From the IMG/VR virus record IMGVR_UViG_3300035660_000001, positions 32,001 to 96,000 of that record: a DNA stretch of 64,000 bases. The stretch is one strand, 5' to 3'. The stretch is from a virus. Positions 36,701 through 45,672 of this stretch are shown here, in pieces. The translations under genes and the position numbers were made by a program. Each line of letters opens with the position of its first letter. The stretch's first letter is position 1. The notes under the pieces were generated by a model. That model saw only the letters and a list, made by a program, of their open reading frames with translations. It did not search any database and had not been told where the DNA came from.

Positions 36701-37203
36701 AGGTTCTGGCGACGATGGCCTACAACATGGGCCCCGGGGGAGTAACGAAGTGGTTAAAAGGAGGAGCCCTCAATTCCGAAACCAGAAATTATATATCGAA
36801 GGCGTTCGGTGGACTCGACGTTGAGGCCCACCGGGCAGAGTATGTGACTCCCGGAGAAACTGCGGGAGGACTCGTTACTGGGGCACCAACCGTAACTGCG
36901 CCTGCCGGGTATGAGGGAGCGGATTATGATATGGGCGACGTCACTGCTGGGGGAATGCCCGAAATGCCTGGACTGCCCGGAGGTGGTGCCCCGGATATCG
37001 CTTATACTGGTGTTCCTGCCCGAGGCGGTGGTGGGGGGGGCGGGGAAGGGCTGGCGGGTGTTCTCGGGTCGATTGTGGACACCCTGAAGCGTCTCAAGGG
37101 GGATGTCTTTATGGATGGCAAGAAGATCGGCGAGGTCGTGTGGGGGAACATCAAGGACAAGGTCGATGCCGAGCTTCGTGAAGGGGTGTCCACTCGTGGA
37201 TAA
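33748..37203 (+). CDS. Tape measure protein with C-terminal lytic transglycosylase
   Basis: Long helical Ala/Gly-rich protein; IESAG, KGARGLMQLMP, AYNMG, ETRNY motifs. Confidence 0.9.
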   Translation: MPTWNFLVGLGIVDQGTGKFLKDTKKELDGTTGSFKSLGNTADDVADRTAKGAKQMADAVDKSSREMSRSWRDAGKSARQMGGGRGGGRGGRGGDKYGFLGFDIRDIGDKLKGLGKAGGGIFTGLAGDFGDMIDTNVEWSSSFKETAGISEKSVARMSTSIVTQMHRAGIGIREASGAWEDLRENLTSDEAVRDMKRAVGLKEAFDIPASTYATWVGMSETSGLTQKNMADLLDTSAGMTKKMGLPKGFLKEMMGLSETASEISLSFGLAPEKTASMTKSMMRAAAAMQKTLKIGIEDATRSIENMVKKTSDRRREMRRFSLGLGGDMDAVMDSVTNLAKGVGDADFAFSLLMDQDPTDVKKKLIDFAKTIQGDTTATNRLYETVSEAFGEDTANEVVRLGKKMEKNLGDAAKSQTANFGEMGKSIEDVMATATRAENRAKMAEQVKLFQEGSFFVGEYVRQLGKYADAQDKIARKTTGWAGAHKKAMDFIAKFVVGKQMMEFAGGRRGGGGFAGLIPSLGIAGASIAGLLGGFGGMGRGVGLFGGVAGKLGGIQPLGWLKGLFGAGKGVGAGAKGVGAAEEVAGMGAGAAEATGGFARFLGVLGKVSVVLTAIVAAADFLFRGIPRFVGIWKEGGSIWEKGWKTGVAYADTVSQVLNDLTFGLYKYIDIWGYIRRFLGDDFLLKYLPKFFSEIMGQAVSLLKTVMSIGARIVKFGWDVNVARPLKVVWGILRGVAGAIGWAVQNLWNLDKAVWGWEASVGKAFGGFAVNLFKWIGLPIENVAKDAIEWVKDIIRVPMQWIQQHLGWIKDIWDKAFGPIKDYIEAVKAFIDLRKGEMATETGVGGAGTWGKDTWGDVLGGGATMKRFGGGPNVAALQTRFGPDFLDKIMGIESAGGKAEGKASSKGARGLMQLMPSVYEPHGLTAEMLSQPEAAARKHLGKGASEQSIKAMAETYRKRGVEVGTGELVRYYDSYLKQGYSQDQAQVLATMAYNMGPGGVTKWLKGGALNSETRNYISKAFGGLDVEAHRAEYVTPGETAGGLVTGAPTVTAPAGYEGADYDMGDVTAGGMPEMPGLPGGGAPDIAYTGVPARGGGGGGGEGLAGVLGSIVDTLKRLKGDVFMDGKKIGEVVWGNIKDKVDAELREGVSTRG

Positions 37204-37299
37204 GTGGAGATAACTCATGATAAATTTTGATTTTTTTAGGGAGTTTTATCCACTTTTCCCTTACGGGGCAGTTTTACCAGCTACCAGGATTCCCCCGGC

Positions 37300-38625
37300 A
37301 TGAGAGTCCTGATTCTCGACACTGGGCTTGCCCTCGATCTGGCTAGGAGACTGGCCGCAGAGGGGGATGAGGTCTATTATTACCTCAACAAGATCAGGAA
37401 TTACCCGGACGAGTCCGAGGCCATCTACGGCAAGGGGCTCTTTGAAGAGTGGGGGGTCAAGCGGATCGATATGTATGAATCCGTTCTAAGCTATGTCGAC
37501 TACGTTATAGCAACGGATATCGGCTACGGGAAGCACCTCGACCACTTCCGGGCGAAGGGAACGCTGGTCTACGGAGCCCCGTTCCTCGGAGAGAGGCTCG
37601 AGACGGACCGGGAGTTCGGCAGAGAGACCCTCGCAGGTTACGGGGTGAAGGTCCCGGAGGTCACGGTCCACAACACCAAAGAGGACGCCGTCCAGCATAT
37701 CAAGAAGGATCCCGGGGGCTACGCCTATAAGTCGGATGAGTCCCGCAACAAAAAGACCTTCGTGACCAAATCTCCGGAGGCCATGATCAAGTTCCTTGCC
37801 GGGCTGTCCTCCTCGGCTCCGATCCGGCTTGAGAAGTTCATCGATGGTGTGGAGATCGCCGTCGGAGGCTTTTTCAACGGGCAAGAGTTCCTGGGGCCCA
37901 AACTGACTTCCTTCGAGTACAACAAGACCTTCCCCGGAGATCTCGGGCCGATGAACTCGGAGATCGGGACGGCGATGTATTACGACGAGACCGGAGGGAA
38001 GGCGTTTGCGGAGACCCTAACGAAGATCGAGCCATTCCTGCGGATGGTCGGCTACCGGGGCTATGTGGAGGTCTCCTGCATTGTCAACGAGAACGGAACG
38101 CACGTCATTGAGTTCACTAACCGCTTCGGCTACCCGGTCTACATGATTCAGATGACGCTTCACAAACGCTTCGGGGAGGTTCTCTCGTCGGTCGCCTACG
38201 GGACCCTTCTGGACCCACGGTTCAGGCCGAAGTGGGATATCTTGAAGCGCCGCTGGGCGATCGGGACGTGCTGGTGCGTGAACGGCTATCCCTACACGGA
38301 GGTCATGAAGGCCCGGGGCGGGGACTGGTCGATCGTCTACGGCATCGACAAGGCGATCAAGGAGGGATCCCGGGTCGGGTTCTTCGGGGTGGTTAAGGAG
38401 GATGGGAAGTATATCGCCCTCCCCGACTACGGTCGGACGGTCTGCATCACGGGACAGGGCCAGACGATCTCCCAGGCCATGCAGGAGATGAACGACAGCG
38501 CCCGGAAGATATGGATCCCGGACGGCTTCTACCGTTACGATATCGGAGCCCGCACGATCGCCGAGGGGCAGAAGCTTCTCGAGTGGGGCTACGTCGACAA
38601 GGACTGGGCGAAGAGCTTCCGATGA
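37300..38625 (+). CDS. PurD-like ATP-grasp ligase, copy A
   Basis: LETDREFG, EKFIDGVE.AVGGFFNG, EIGT, EFTNRFGYP, YRYDIG. Confidence 0.8.
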   Translation: MRVLILDTGLALDLARRLAAEGDEVYYYLNKIRNYPDESEAIYGKGLFEEWGVKRIDMYESVLSYVDYVIATDIGYGKHLDHFRAKGTLVYGAPFLGERLETDREFGRETLAGYGVKVPEVTVHNTKEDAVQHIKKDPGGYAYKSDESRNKKTFVTKSPEAMIKFLAGLSSSAPIRLEKFIDGVEIAVGGFFNGQEFLGPKLTSFEYNKTFPGDLGPMNSEIGTAMYYDETGGKAFAETLTKIEPFLRMVGYRGYVEVSCIVNENGTHVIEFTNRFGYPVYMIQMTLHKRFGEVLSSVAYGTLLDPRFRPKWDILKRRWAIGTCWCVNGYPYTEVMKARGGDWSIVYGIDKAIKEGSRVGFFGVVKEDGKYIALPDYGRTVCITGQGQTISQAMQEMNDSARKIWIPDGFYRYDIGARTIAEGQKLLEWGYVDKDWAKSFR

Positions 38626-38744
38626 GCTACACCTTCGACCCCGACGCCGTTGAGTCTTTGATCACGACAGAGATTTTTCTGCTGTCCCCGATCACCGTCC
38701 TGCTCGATATCGAATCATACATCCCGGAGGATGATAATGGCTAG
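38622..38744 (+). CDS. 40-aa peptide with S-x-I periodicity
   Basis: ATGA overlap; MSYTFDPDAVESLITTEIFLLSPITVLLDIESYIPEDDNG. Confidence 0.45.
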   Translation: MSYTFDPDAVESLITTEIFLLSPITVLLDIESYIPEDDNG

Positions 38745-39036
38745 GGTCTATCTCGGTCAGACTGCGTTGCGGATTCGTATAAATACGGGGGTCGATCTCA
38801 CCGGGGCAACGACACTCCAAGCCGCAGTCAAGAAACCGTCCGGGGCGGGGGTTCTGTGGGACTGTTCGGGCGAAGCCCCGCTGACGGCGGGAATCATGTA
38901 TCACGATGTCGTTACGGCCTCAGAGCTCGATGAGGCCGGGCAGTTTACTCTTCAGTCTTACGTTGTGTTCTCCGATGGCCGCTGGGCTTACGGGGACGAA
39001 GCCTTTATGATCGTTCATCCAATCTCTTCGGTGTGA
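38731..39036 (+). CDS. Small beta-sandwich virion protein (BppU-N-like)
   Basis: VDLTGAT...VKKPSG...ELDEAG.F.LQ.YV.F. Confidence 0.55.
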   Translation: MIMARVYLGQTALRIRINTGVDLTGATTLQAAVKKPSGAGVLWDCSGEAPLTAGIMYHDVVTASELDEAGQFTLQSYVVFSDGRWAYGDEAFMIVHPISSV

Positions 39037-39044
39037 GGTGAGCC

Positions 39045-39371
39045 ATGCCTGAAGGACCGAGCTTTATACAGCTTCCCGTAGACGGCCAGGGAAAGAAAAC
39101 CCGTTCGCACGTGCGGACCGTTGCGGGGGCGGACGTCCACGAGCAGTATGTCATTCTCGATACCCCGCCGTTAACGACCCGGGTAGATGAGGTGGACGCC
39201 AATACTTTCTATGTCGGGAAGGCCGCCATCGGGAGTGCCGAGACTGCGGCTGTGTGGCAGATCAAGAAGGGGATCAAGGTTGGGACGGAGACGAAGATTT
39301 TGGATCCAGTAACAACCGGAGATACGTTCGTGAATAGGTGGGATCAGCGGACTACTATAACTTACGCATAA
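39045..39371 (+). CDS. Small structural protein
   Basis: RVDEV....YVGKA..GS....AVWQIKK...W..R.T..Y. Confidence 0.55.
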   Translation: MPEGPSFIQLPVDGQGKKTRSHVRTVAGADVHEQYVILDTPPLTTRVDEVDANTFYVGKAAIGSAETAAVWQIKKGIKVGTETKILDPVTTGDTFVNRWDQRTTITYA

Positions 39372-39374
39372 GCC

Positions 39375-42300
39375 ATGTCTCCTGCGAAACCAGTTTTTAA
39401 CGGCGCAAGCTCCAACGTGATGAGCACCGGCCTTTTGGCTGGTGGCGTCCTGTCGGTCACTCCCGGTCACCCATCCTGGTTCGATATCAGTGATGGGTCC
39501 GGGGTTGTCGTTGATAACTATACCGACACGCTTCATCCCCGAAAGACGGTGGTGGCTTGGTCTGGGAAGACGGGCATTGAAGTTACGAATTTGCTTACAG
39601 CTTTGGTGACCTATGTGGCCCTCGACAAAAATGGGCATGTCATCCAGTCTACTGTAAACTTTACTCCCGATGAACGCCGGGATTTGATTGTCCTTGGCGG
39701 ACTTAGTCACTTTGGTCATGCGGTGATCGAATTTATTGCGAACTATCCTTCTGTCGCATACGATGATTCCGCTCAGTTTGTCGATTTCGCCGATGCAATC
39801 GGTCCCATAAATATCACCGGTAATGTCTATGGGCCAAACGGGATGAACCTGAACCTCGATAAGTCGGGGGGATCTTCGTTTAAGATCGGCAGTAATTATG
39901 TCGCCGACAAAAAAACTCCCAACGTCCATCCTGACAACACAGGGACTGCTCTTTACTTCTTTTACGATTATCATACTGGTCCGGGTACTTGGGGAACGGT
40001 AGGCCCTCTCAATATTATCGATCCCGACCACTACGACAACGGGCTTGGATTAGAAGACGTTCCGGAGGACATGTGGACGATCCAGATGATTTTCTACGTT
40101 CCTGCGGCTGGTCTGACTTCAATTCAATATGGTCAGGAGATATACGACACCAAGGAAACTGCTCGAGCACATCTCCAGGATCCCGTGGATATTCTTCCGG
40201 AGCTAGCTTCCGGGAACGCGCTGTTCCGGGGTTGGTTAATCGTCCGTCAAGGCGCTATCGATTTAAGTGATCCTACCTGGGCTCAATTTGACATAGCGGG
40301 TAAGTTTGGTCTTGTCTCTGAAATCACAGGAACAGGTGGCGGCGAAGCGAATACGGCATCGAACAATGGCTTGGCCGGAACGGGGCTATACCTTCAGAAA
40401 CAGGGAGTCGACCTTCAGTTCAAGAATATCCGGGCGGCCTCTTCTCAGATCACAGTCGCTGACAATCCTGCCCTTAAAACGGTAGACATCGATCTTGGGG
40501 CGGGGGCCTCCGGTCAGAGCGGGTACAGTGGTCACAGCGGGTACTCTGGACAGTCCGGATTTAGCGGAGCCTCGGGTCTCAGTGGAGCTTCGGGTCTTAG
40601 CGGTTCTTCCTTTGTCGGATCGTCGGGGTATTCCGGCTTCAGCGGGTTTACAGGAGCCTCTGGTCTTTCTGGGGCCTCAGGCGCCAGTGGAGCTTCTGGT
40701 CTTTCGGGGGCATCCGGGACCAGCGGTGCCTCGGGACAGTCTGGGTATTCTGGTGCCAGTGGGTTGTCAGGGGCCTCGGGAGCCTCCGGCCAGTCCGGGT
40801 ATAGTGGTTTCTCGGGTTTCACCGGGGCGTCTGGTCTGTCCGGGGCCTCCGGTGCCAGTGGGGCATCTGGTGCCTCGGGGAACTCGGGGTATTCGGGGTT
40901 CTCCGGGTTCTCTGGATCCGGGGCTTCCGGTGCTTCCGGAGCCTCTGGGGCTAGTGGGCAATCCGGCTATTCGGGTCTATCCGGCTTCAGTGGACTTTCT
41001 GGGGCCTCTGGTGCGTCCGGTGCGAGCGGGGCTAGTGGATCATCGGGTTACAGCGGGTTGTCAGGCCAGAGTGGCCTTTCCGGGGCATCTGGGGCCTCTG
41101 GTGCGTCGGGTCAGTCCGGTTACAGCGGGTTCTCTGGGTTTTCCGGTTTATCAGGGGCATCAGGGGCATCTGGCGCTTCCGGGACCTCCGGGGCTAGCGG
41201 GGCCTCCGGGGCCAGTGGCTATTCTGGATTTAGCGGGTTCAGCGGGGCTTCAGGACTCTCCGGAGCATCCGGGGCCAGCGGCGCCTCGGGGCAGTCGGGC
41301 TACAGCGGGTTCTCTGGGTTTACGGGAGCCTCGGGACTGTCTGGGGCATCGGGACTTTCAGGAGCCAGCGGGGCCAGCGGGGCTAGCGGGACTAGCGGGT
41401 ATTCCGGCTTCTCAGGATTTACGGGTCTATCGGGAGCTTCGGGCGCTTCGGGAGCAAGTGGAGCCAGTGGACAATCCGGATACAGTGGCTTCTCGGGCTT
41501 CAGCGGAGCCAGCGGTCTTTCGGGATCTTCGGGAGCGTCCGGTGCTTCGGGTGCCTCTGGCCAGTCTGGCTACTCGGGCCTTAGTGGACTCTCCGGTTCT
41601 TCCTTTATCGGATCGTCGGGCTACAGTGGGCAGTCCGGATTCAGCGGACTCAGTGGAGAGTCAGGCGCGAGCGGGGCTTCCGGGACCGGGGCATCCGGAC
41701 AGTCAGGATATAGCGGGTTCAGTGGTTTCTCGGGGTCAGGCGCATCGGGTGCCAGTGGAGCGAGCGGAGCATCTGGTCAATCAGGTTACTCCGGTCTCAG
41801 TGGGCTCTCGGGATCCTCCTTCTCTGGATCATCCGGTTACAGTGGACAGTCCGGGTTCTCCGGGCTCTCGGGTGCGTCTGGTTTGTCGGGTGCGGGCGGT
41901 GCTTCTGGTGCTTCTGGTGCATCGGGAGCGTCCGGGGCCTCGGGCTACTCTGGGTTTAGCGGGTTCTCGGGGGAATCGGGCCTTTCTGGAGCTTCCGGTG
42001 CGAGTGGAGCGTCCGGCGCCTCTGGTGCTTCTGGACAATCTGGATATTCAGGATTTTCTGGGTTTACAGGAGCATCCGGACTTAGCGGAGCATCCGGAGT
42101 AAGCGGTACATCCGGAGCTTCCGGGCTCTCGGGTTATAGTGGTTTCTCGGGATTTACGGGGGCATCTGGCCTCAGTGGGGCGTCTGGACTTTCAGGAGCC
42201 GGTGGAGCATCCGGAGAGTCCGGTGCCTCGGGAGCATCAGGGCTCTCGGGTTACAGCGGGTTTAGTGGGTTTTCGGGAATCTCGGGAGCCTCGGGACTTT

Positions 42301-43505
42301 CCGGTGCCGGCGCCTCGGGAGCATCAGGACAATCAGGCTACTCGGGCTACAGTGGTTTCTCGGGGTTTAGCGGTCTTAGCGGCGCCTCGGGAGCTAGTGG
42401 AGCCTCCGGCGCTAGTGGGGCATCCGGGCTTTCAGGTTACAGTGGATTTTCAGGGTTCAGCGGAGCTACGGGTATCTCTGGTGCTTCTGGGCTTTCGGGA
42501 GCAAGTGGGGCCAGCGGTGCCAGTGGGCAGTCTGGGTACTCCGGTCTCAGCGGACTCTCGGGGTCATCTTTCATTGGACAATCTGGGTACTCCGGGTTGT
42601 CTGGGTTCTCGGGTCTATCCGGAGCCAGCGGTCTTAGCGGAGATTCCGGGGCATCCGGGGCCAGCGGCCAGAGCGGCTATTCGGGATATTCCGGGTTCTC
42701 GGGTTTTACTGGGGCTTCAGGAGCTTCGGGGGCTTCGGGAGCCTCTGGTCTCTCCGGCACTAGTGGTGCTTCAGGTCAGAGTGGTTATAGTGGGTATGTG
42801 GGAACGCCTGGGTCTGGTGGCTTGCTTCTGATGACCGAGCTCGCTACTCCCGGAGCAGGAACTTGGACTAAAAACGCTAGTACTAATTTTATTAGGGTGA
42901 TCGGAGTCGGTGGTGGCGGCGGTGGTGGAGGAGCGAACTCAGCGGCGAATAACGCATCTGCAGGAGGTGGAGGTGGCGGCGGTGGATTCTTTGAAATCTG
43001 GGTTACTAGTCCTCCGGCCTCGCTTAATTATTCTGTAGGAGCCGCGGGAGCGAATGGCTCTGCTACTGGTGGGACTGCCGGAGGTGCTGGGGGCCCAACT
43101 ATCTTCGGAAACGACAATGGCTCCATCAATTGCAATGCCAACGGGGGGAATGGCGGGGTGGCGGGAGGAAATGCTAATGCAAGAACTATAAACGCAGGAG
43201 GGGCAGGAGGCGTTCCTACTTCGGCTGTGGCGGCGGCTCAGGCTGTTCTGGTCACTGGTTCTAACGGGACGGATGCCTTCATCTCCAATAAGGTTCTGTG
43301 TTGGAGTGGCAACGGGTCTACTGGCTTCTGGGGCGGCGGTGGTGGTGGAGCGTATGCTACAAACGTCATTGCGATGGCCGGGGGTAATGCTCAGACCAGT
43401 CAATACGGGACAGGCGGAGGTGGGGCGGCTGTTGGTAACGGAGCGAACAGTGCTCGTGGAGGGACGGGAGCACAGGGAGTTTTGATCATCTATGAATACG
43501 CATAA
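39375..43505 (+). CDS. Gly-X-Ser collagen-like fibre protein with Gly-rich C-terminal domain
   Basis: Globular N-terminus, LQFKNI linker, ~770-aa (SGX)n region, GGGGGGG-type tip domain. Confidence 0.85.
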   Translation: MSPAKPVFNGASSNVMSTGLLAGGVLSVTPGHPSWFDISDGSGVVVDNYTDTLHPRKTVVAWSGKTGIEVTNLLTALVTYVALDKNGHVIQSTVNFTPDERRDLIVLGGLSHFGHAVIEFIANYPSVAYDDSAQFVDFADAIGPINITGNVYGPNGMNLNLDKSGGSSFKIGSNYVADKKTPNVHPDNTGTALYFFYDYHTGPGTWGTVGPLNIIDPDHYDNGLGLEDVPEDMWTIQMIFYVPAAGLTSIQYGQEIYDTKETARAHLQDPVDILPELASGNALFRGWLIVRQGAIDLSDPTWAQFDIAGKFGLVSEITGTGGGEANTASNNGLAGTGLYLQKQGVDLQFKNIRAASSQITVADNPALKTVDIDLGAGASGQSGYSGHSGYSGQSGFSGASGLSGASGLSGSSFVGSSGYSGFSGFTGASGLSGASGASGASGLSGASGTSGASGQSGYSGASGLSGASGASGQSGYSGFSGFTGASGLSGASGASGASGASGNSGYSGFSGFSGSGASGASGASGASGQSGYSGLSGFSGLSGASGASGASGASGSSGYSGLSGQSGLSGASGASGASGQSGYSGFSGFSGLSGASGASGASGTSGASGASGASGYSGFSGFSGASGLSGASGASGASGQSGYSGFSGFTGASGLSGASGLSGASGASGASGTSGYSGFSGFTGLSGASGASGASGASGQSGYSGFSGFSGASGLSGSSGASGASGASGQSGYSGLSGLSGSSFIGSSGYSGQSGFSGLSGESGASGASGTGASGQSGYSGFSGFSGSGASGASGASGASGQSGYSGLSGLSGSSFSGSSGYSGQSGFSGLSGASGLSGAGGASGASGASGASGASGYSGFSGFSGESGLSGASGASGASGASGASGQSGYSGFSGFTGASGLSGASGVSGTSGASGLSGYSGFSGFTGASGLSGASGLSGAGGASGESGASGASGLSGYSGFSGFSGISGASGLSGAGASGASGQSGYSGYSGFSGFSGLSGASGASGASGASGASGLSGYSGFSGFSGATGISGASGLSGASGASGASGQSGYSGLSGLSGSSFIGQSGYSGLSGFSGLSGASGLSGDSGASGASGQSGYSGYSGFSGFTGASGASGASGASGLSGTSGASGQSGYSGYVGTPGSGGLLLMTELATPGAGTWTKNASTNFIRVIGVGGGGGGGGANSAANNASAGGGGGGGGFFEIWVTSPPASLNYSVGAAGANGSATGGTAGGAGGPTIFGNDNGSINCNANGGNGGVAGGNANARTINAGGAGGVPTSAVAAAQAVLVTGSNGTDAFISNKVLCWSGNGSTGFWGGGGGGAYATNVIAMAGGNAQTSQYGTGGGGAAVGNGANSARGGTGAQGVLIIYEYA
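40500..42800 (+). repeat. Degenerate 9-bp (Ser-Gly-X) tandem repeat
   Basis: SGA/SGL/SGY/SGF/SGQ units with varied synonymous codons. Confidence 0.9.
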
Positions 43506-43516
43506 CGGAGGATGCG

Positions 43517-44218
43517 ATGTGGCAGAAGCGTTCTAAAAAGACAGTGTTCACATTGAATTTAGACCCGGACAAGTATCGGGAGATCACCGATATGACCTAT
43601 CCCTTGCTGAAGGAGTATGCGAGGAAGATAGAGGCGGATTTTCATGTGATCTCCGAGAGAAAGTTCCCCGAATTCAAGAGTCCGACCTACGAGAAGTGCC
43701 AGGTCTATCAACTGGCGCAGGATATGAACAATGACTGGAACATCTTTTTCGACTGCGATGCTCTCGTCCATCCCGACACGCCGGATATCACGAACCTGCT
43801 CTCGAAGGATACCGTCCTGCACAACGGCTCCGACTTTGCTCCTCTCCGGTGGAGGTATGATCGGTTCTTCCAGCGGGACGGAAGGCATATCGGCTCCTGC
43901 TCTTGGTTGGAGATCGCAAGTGATTGGTGCATAGAGCTATTTAAGCCTCTGGATGATCTCACTCCGGAAGAAGCTAACGCGAACATCTTTCCGCTTGCCG
44001 GGGAGACAGCTTCTGGCTACGAACCATATCGGTTGATTGAGGACTACGTGTTCTCCCGGAACATAGCGAAGTTCGGTTTGAAGTTCATTACGTTCGAAGA
44101 CCTCATGGTGAAGTATGCCAAGCTGAAGGGGAACTTCTTCTGGCACAACTATGCTATTCCCATTGAGGAGAAGGTGGAGCAGATGAAGCAGATTCTCCGG
44201 GAGTGGAAACTGACATGA
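43517..44218 (+). CDS. GT-A-type glycosyltransferase-like protein
   Basis: YARKIEADF, YEK, WNIFFDCDA (DxD), C-terminal HNY. Confidence 0.6.
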   Translation: MWQKRSKKTVFTLNLDPDKYREITDMTYPLLKEYARKIEADFHVISERKFPEFKSPTYEKCQVYQLAQDMNNDWNIFFDCDALVHPDTPDITNLLSKDTVLHNGSDFAPLRWRYDRFFQRDGRHIGSCSWLEIASDWCIELFKPLDDLTPEEANANIFPLAGETASGYEPYRLIEDYVFSRNIAKFGLKFITFEDLMVKYAKLKGNFFWHNYAIPIEEKVEQMKQILREWKLT

Positions 44219-45672
44219 AGTCGATGATGGAGATGGACACGGTCCAGATAGAGATTACCGATGCCTGCCGTTTGCGGTGTTCTAACTGCACCCGTTTCTG
44301 CGGACACAAGAAGCCCTACTTCATGTCCTTCGACCAGTTCAAGGAGTCGGTCGACTCGATGGTTGGGTATCCCAAGATGGTGGGGATCATGGGAGGAGAG
44401 CCTCTGCTTCATCCGGAGTTCGAGAGGTTCTGCGCCTATGCACGATCCAAGATACCAAAGGTCCAGCTCGGGCTCTGGACCTCTCTTCCAGAAGGGCATG
44501 AGGATTACAGGACGGCTATCTGCGATACCTTTGAGCATATCTTTATCAATGATCATACCCGAGGGGACGTGATCCATCACCCGCCCCTGGTGGCCGCCGA
44601 AGAAGCCGTTCCGGATCGGGGGATCATGTGGAGTTATATTAACCACTGCTGGGCCCAGGAGAGCTGGAGCGCGTCGATCAATCCGCATGGAGCCTGGTTC
44701 TGCGAGATTGCCGCCGCTATGTCTATGCTCTTCGATGGGGGGCAGGGATGGAAGGTGGAACCCGGTTGGTGGTGGAGGATCCCGAAGGACTTTACGGAGC
44801 AGATGGAAATGTTCTGTCCCCGGTGCGGGTTTGCCATCCCATTGAAGAGGCGGGTGAGCACTGGCGTAGTGGACGACATTTCCCCGAAGAACCTGGAGCG
44901 GTTGACGGGTAAGTCCCTTAAGGTAGCTCGGGGCGAGTACGAAGTTAGCCCGTTGACCCTAGAGAACGACTTCAGGCCGATGGCGACCTACAAGGACACG
45001 GACTACCGGAACGGGATAGCCAGGCGTTACGGTATGTTCGTCGTCGTGAACCAGCAGAAGTTCTGGACCCCGCACCTACTGAGGAAGCAGGATAAGTCGG
45101 AGGCGCAACCGCACAAGCCCCTGTTGGAAGTTCTACGGGAGAGAAACCTCTACAAGGGGAACGGCATCGACGGTTTTATGGCGGACGACAACCTTGTCTG
45201 GCTATTCGATATTGCTCGGAAGATGAATAGCATAGTCGAGGTTGGATCATGGAAGGGGAGGAGCACCCACGCTCTGTTGAGTGGTTGCCCGGGGACAGTC
45301 TGGGCCGTAGACCATTTCAAGGGAAGCATGGCCGAGCGTGAAAGAACCCAGTCTCACTTTGAGGCCACAATCCGGGATGTGTCGGAAGATTTTCTGAAGA
45401 ATGTCGGGATGTTCCCGAACCTGAAGCTCTTGAAGGTGGATAGCATAGAAGCGTCCAAGCACTTTGAGCCCCAATCCATAGACATGGTCTTCATAGACGG
45501 CGGGCATACCTACGAGGATATTTATCTCGACCTTGAGGCCTGGACTCCCATTGCCCGGAAGATGATCTGCGGACACGATTATGGCTCCGAGGTCAAGGAT
45601 GCCGTCGACAAGAAGTTTGGCGAAGACAGGGTTGAGACCAGGGACTTTGGGCTCTGGATGGTGAATCTATGA
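44215..45672 (+). CDS. Radical SAM domain fused to class I methyltransferase (Methyltransf_24-like)
   Basis: CRLRCSNC, MGGEPLLHP; VEVGSWKGRS, VDHF, FIDGGHTYE, GHDY. Confidence 0.85.
   Translation: MKSMMEMDTVQIEITDACRLRCSNCTRFCGHKKPYFMSFDQFKESVDSMVGYPKMVGIMGGEPLLHPEFERFCAYARSKIPKVQLGLWTSLPEGHEDYRTAICDTFEHIFINDHTRGDVIHHPPLVAAEEAVPDRGIMWSYINHCWAQESWSASINPHGAWFCEIAAAMSMLFDGGQGWKVEPGWWWRIPKDFTEQMEMFCPRCGFAIPLKRRVSTGVVDDISPKNLERLTGKSLKVARGEYEVSPLTLENDFRPMATYKDTDYRNGIARRYGMFVVVNQQKFWTPHLLRKQDKSEAQPHKPLLEVLRERNLYKGNGIDGFMADDNLVWLFDIARKMNSIVEVGSWKGRSTHALLSGCPGTVWAVDHFKGSMAERERTQSHFEATIRDVSEDFLKNVGMFPNLKLLKVDSIEASKHFEPQSIDMVFIDGGHTYEDIYLDLEAWTPIARKMICGHDYGSEVKDAVDKKFGEDRVETRDFGLWMVNL

Noticed and set aside
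37031-37045. G8 tract in the tape measure gene as a phase-variation site
   Set aside because: It is in frame and encodes a poly-Gly linker.
40495-42831. Alternative-frame and reverse-strand ORFs over the SG repeat (PEAPEAP and similar)
   Set aside because: By-products of the triplet repeat.
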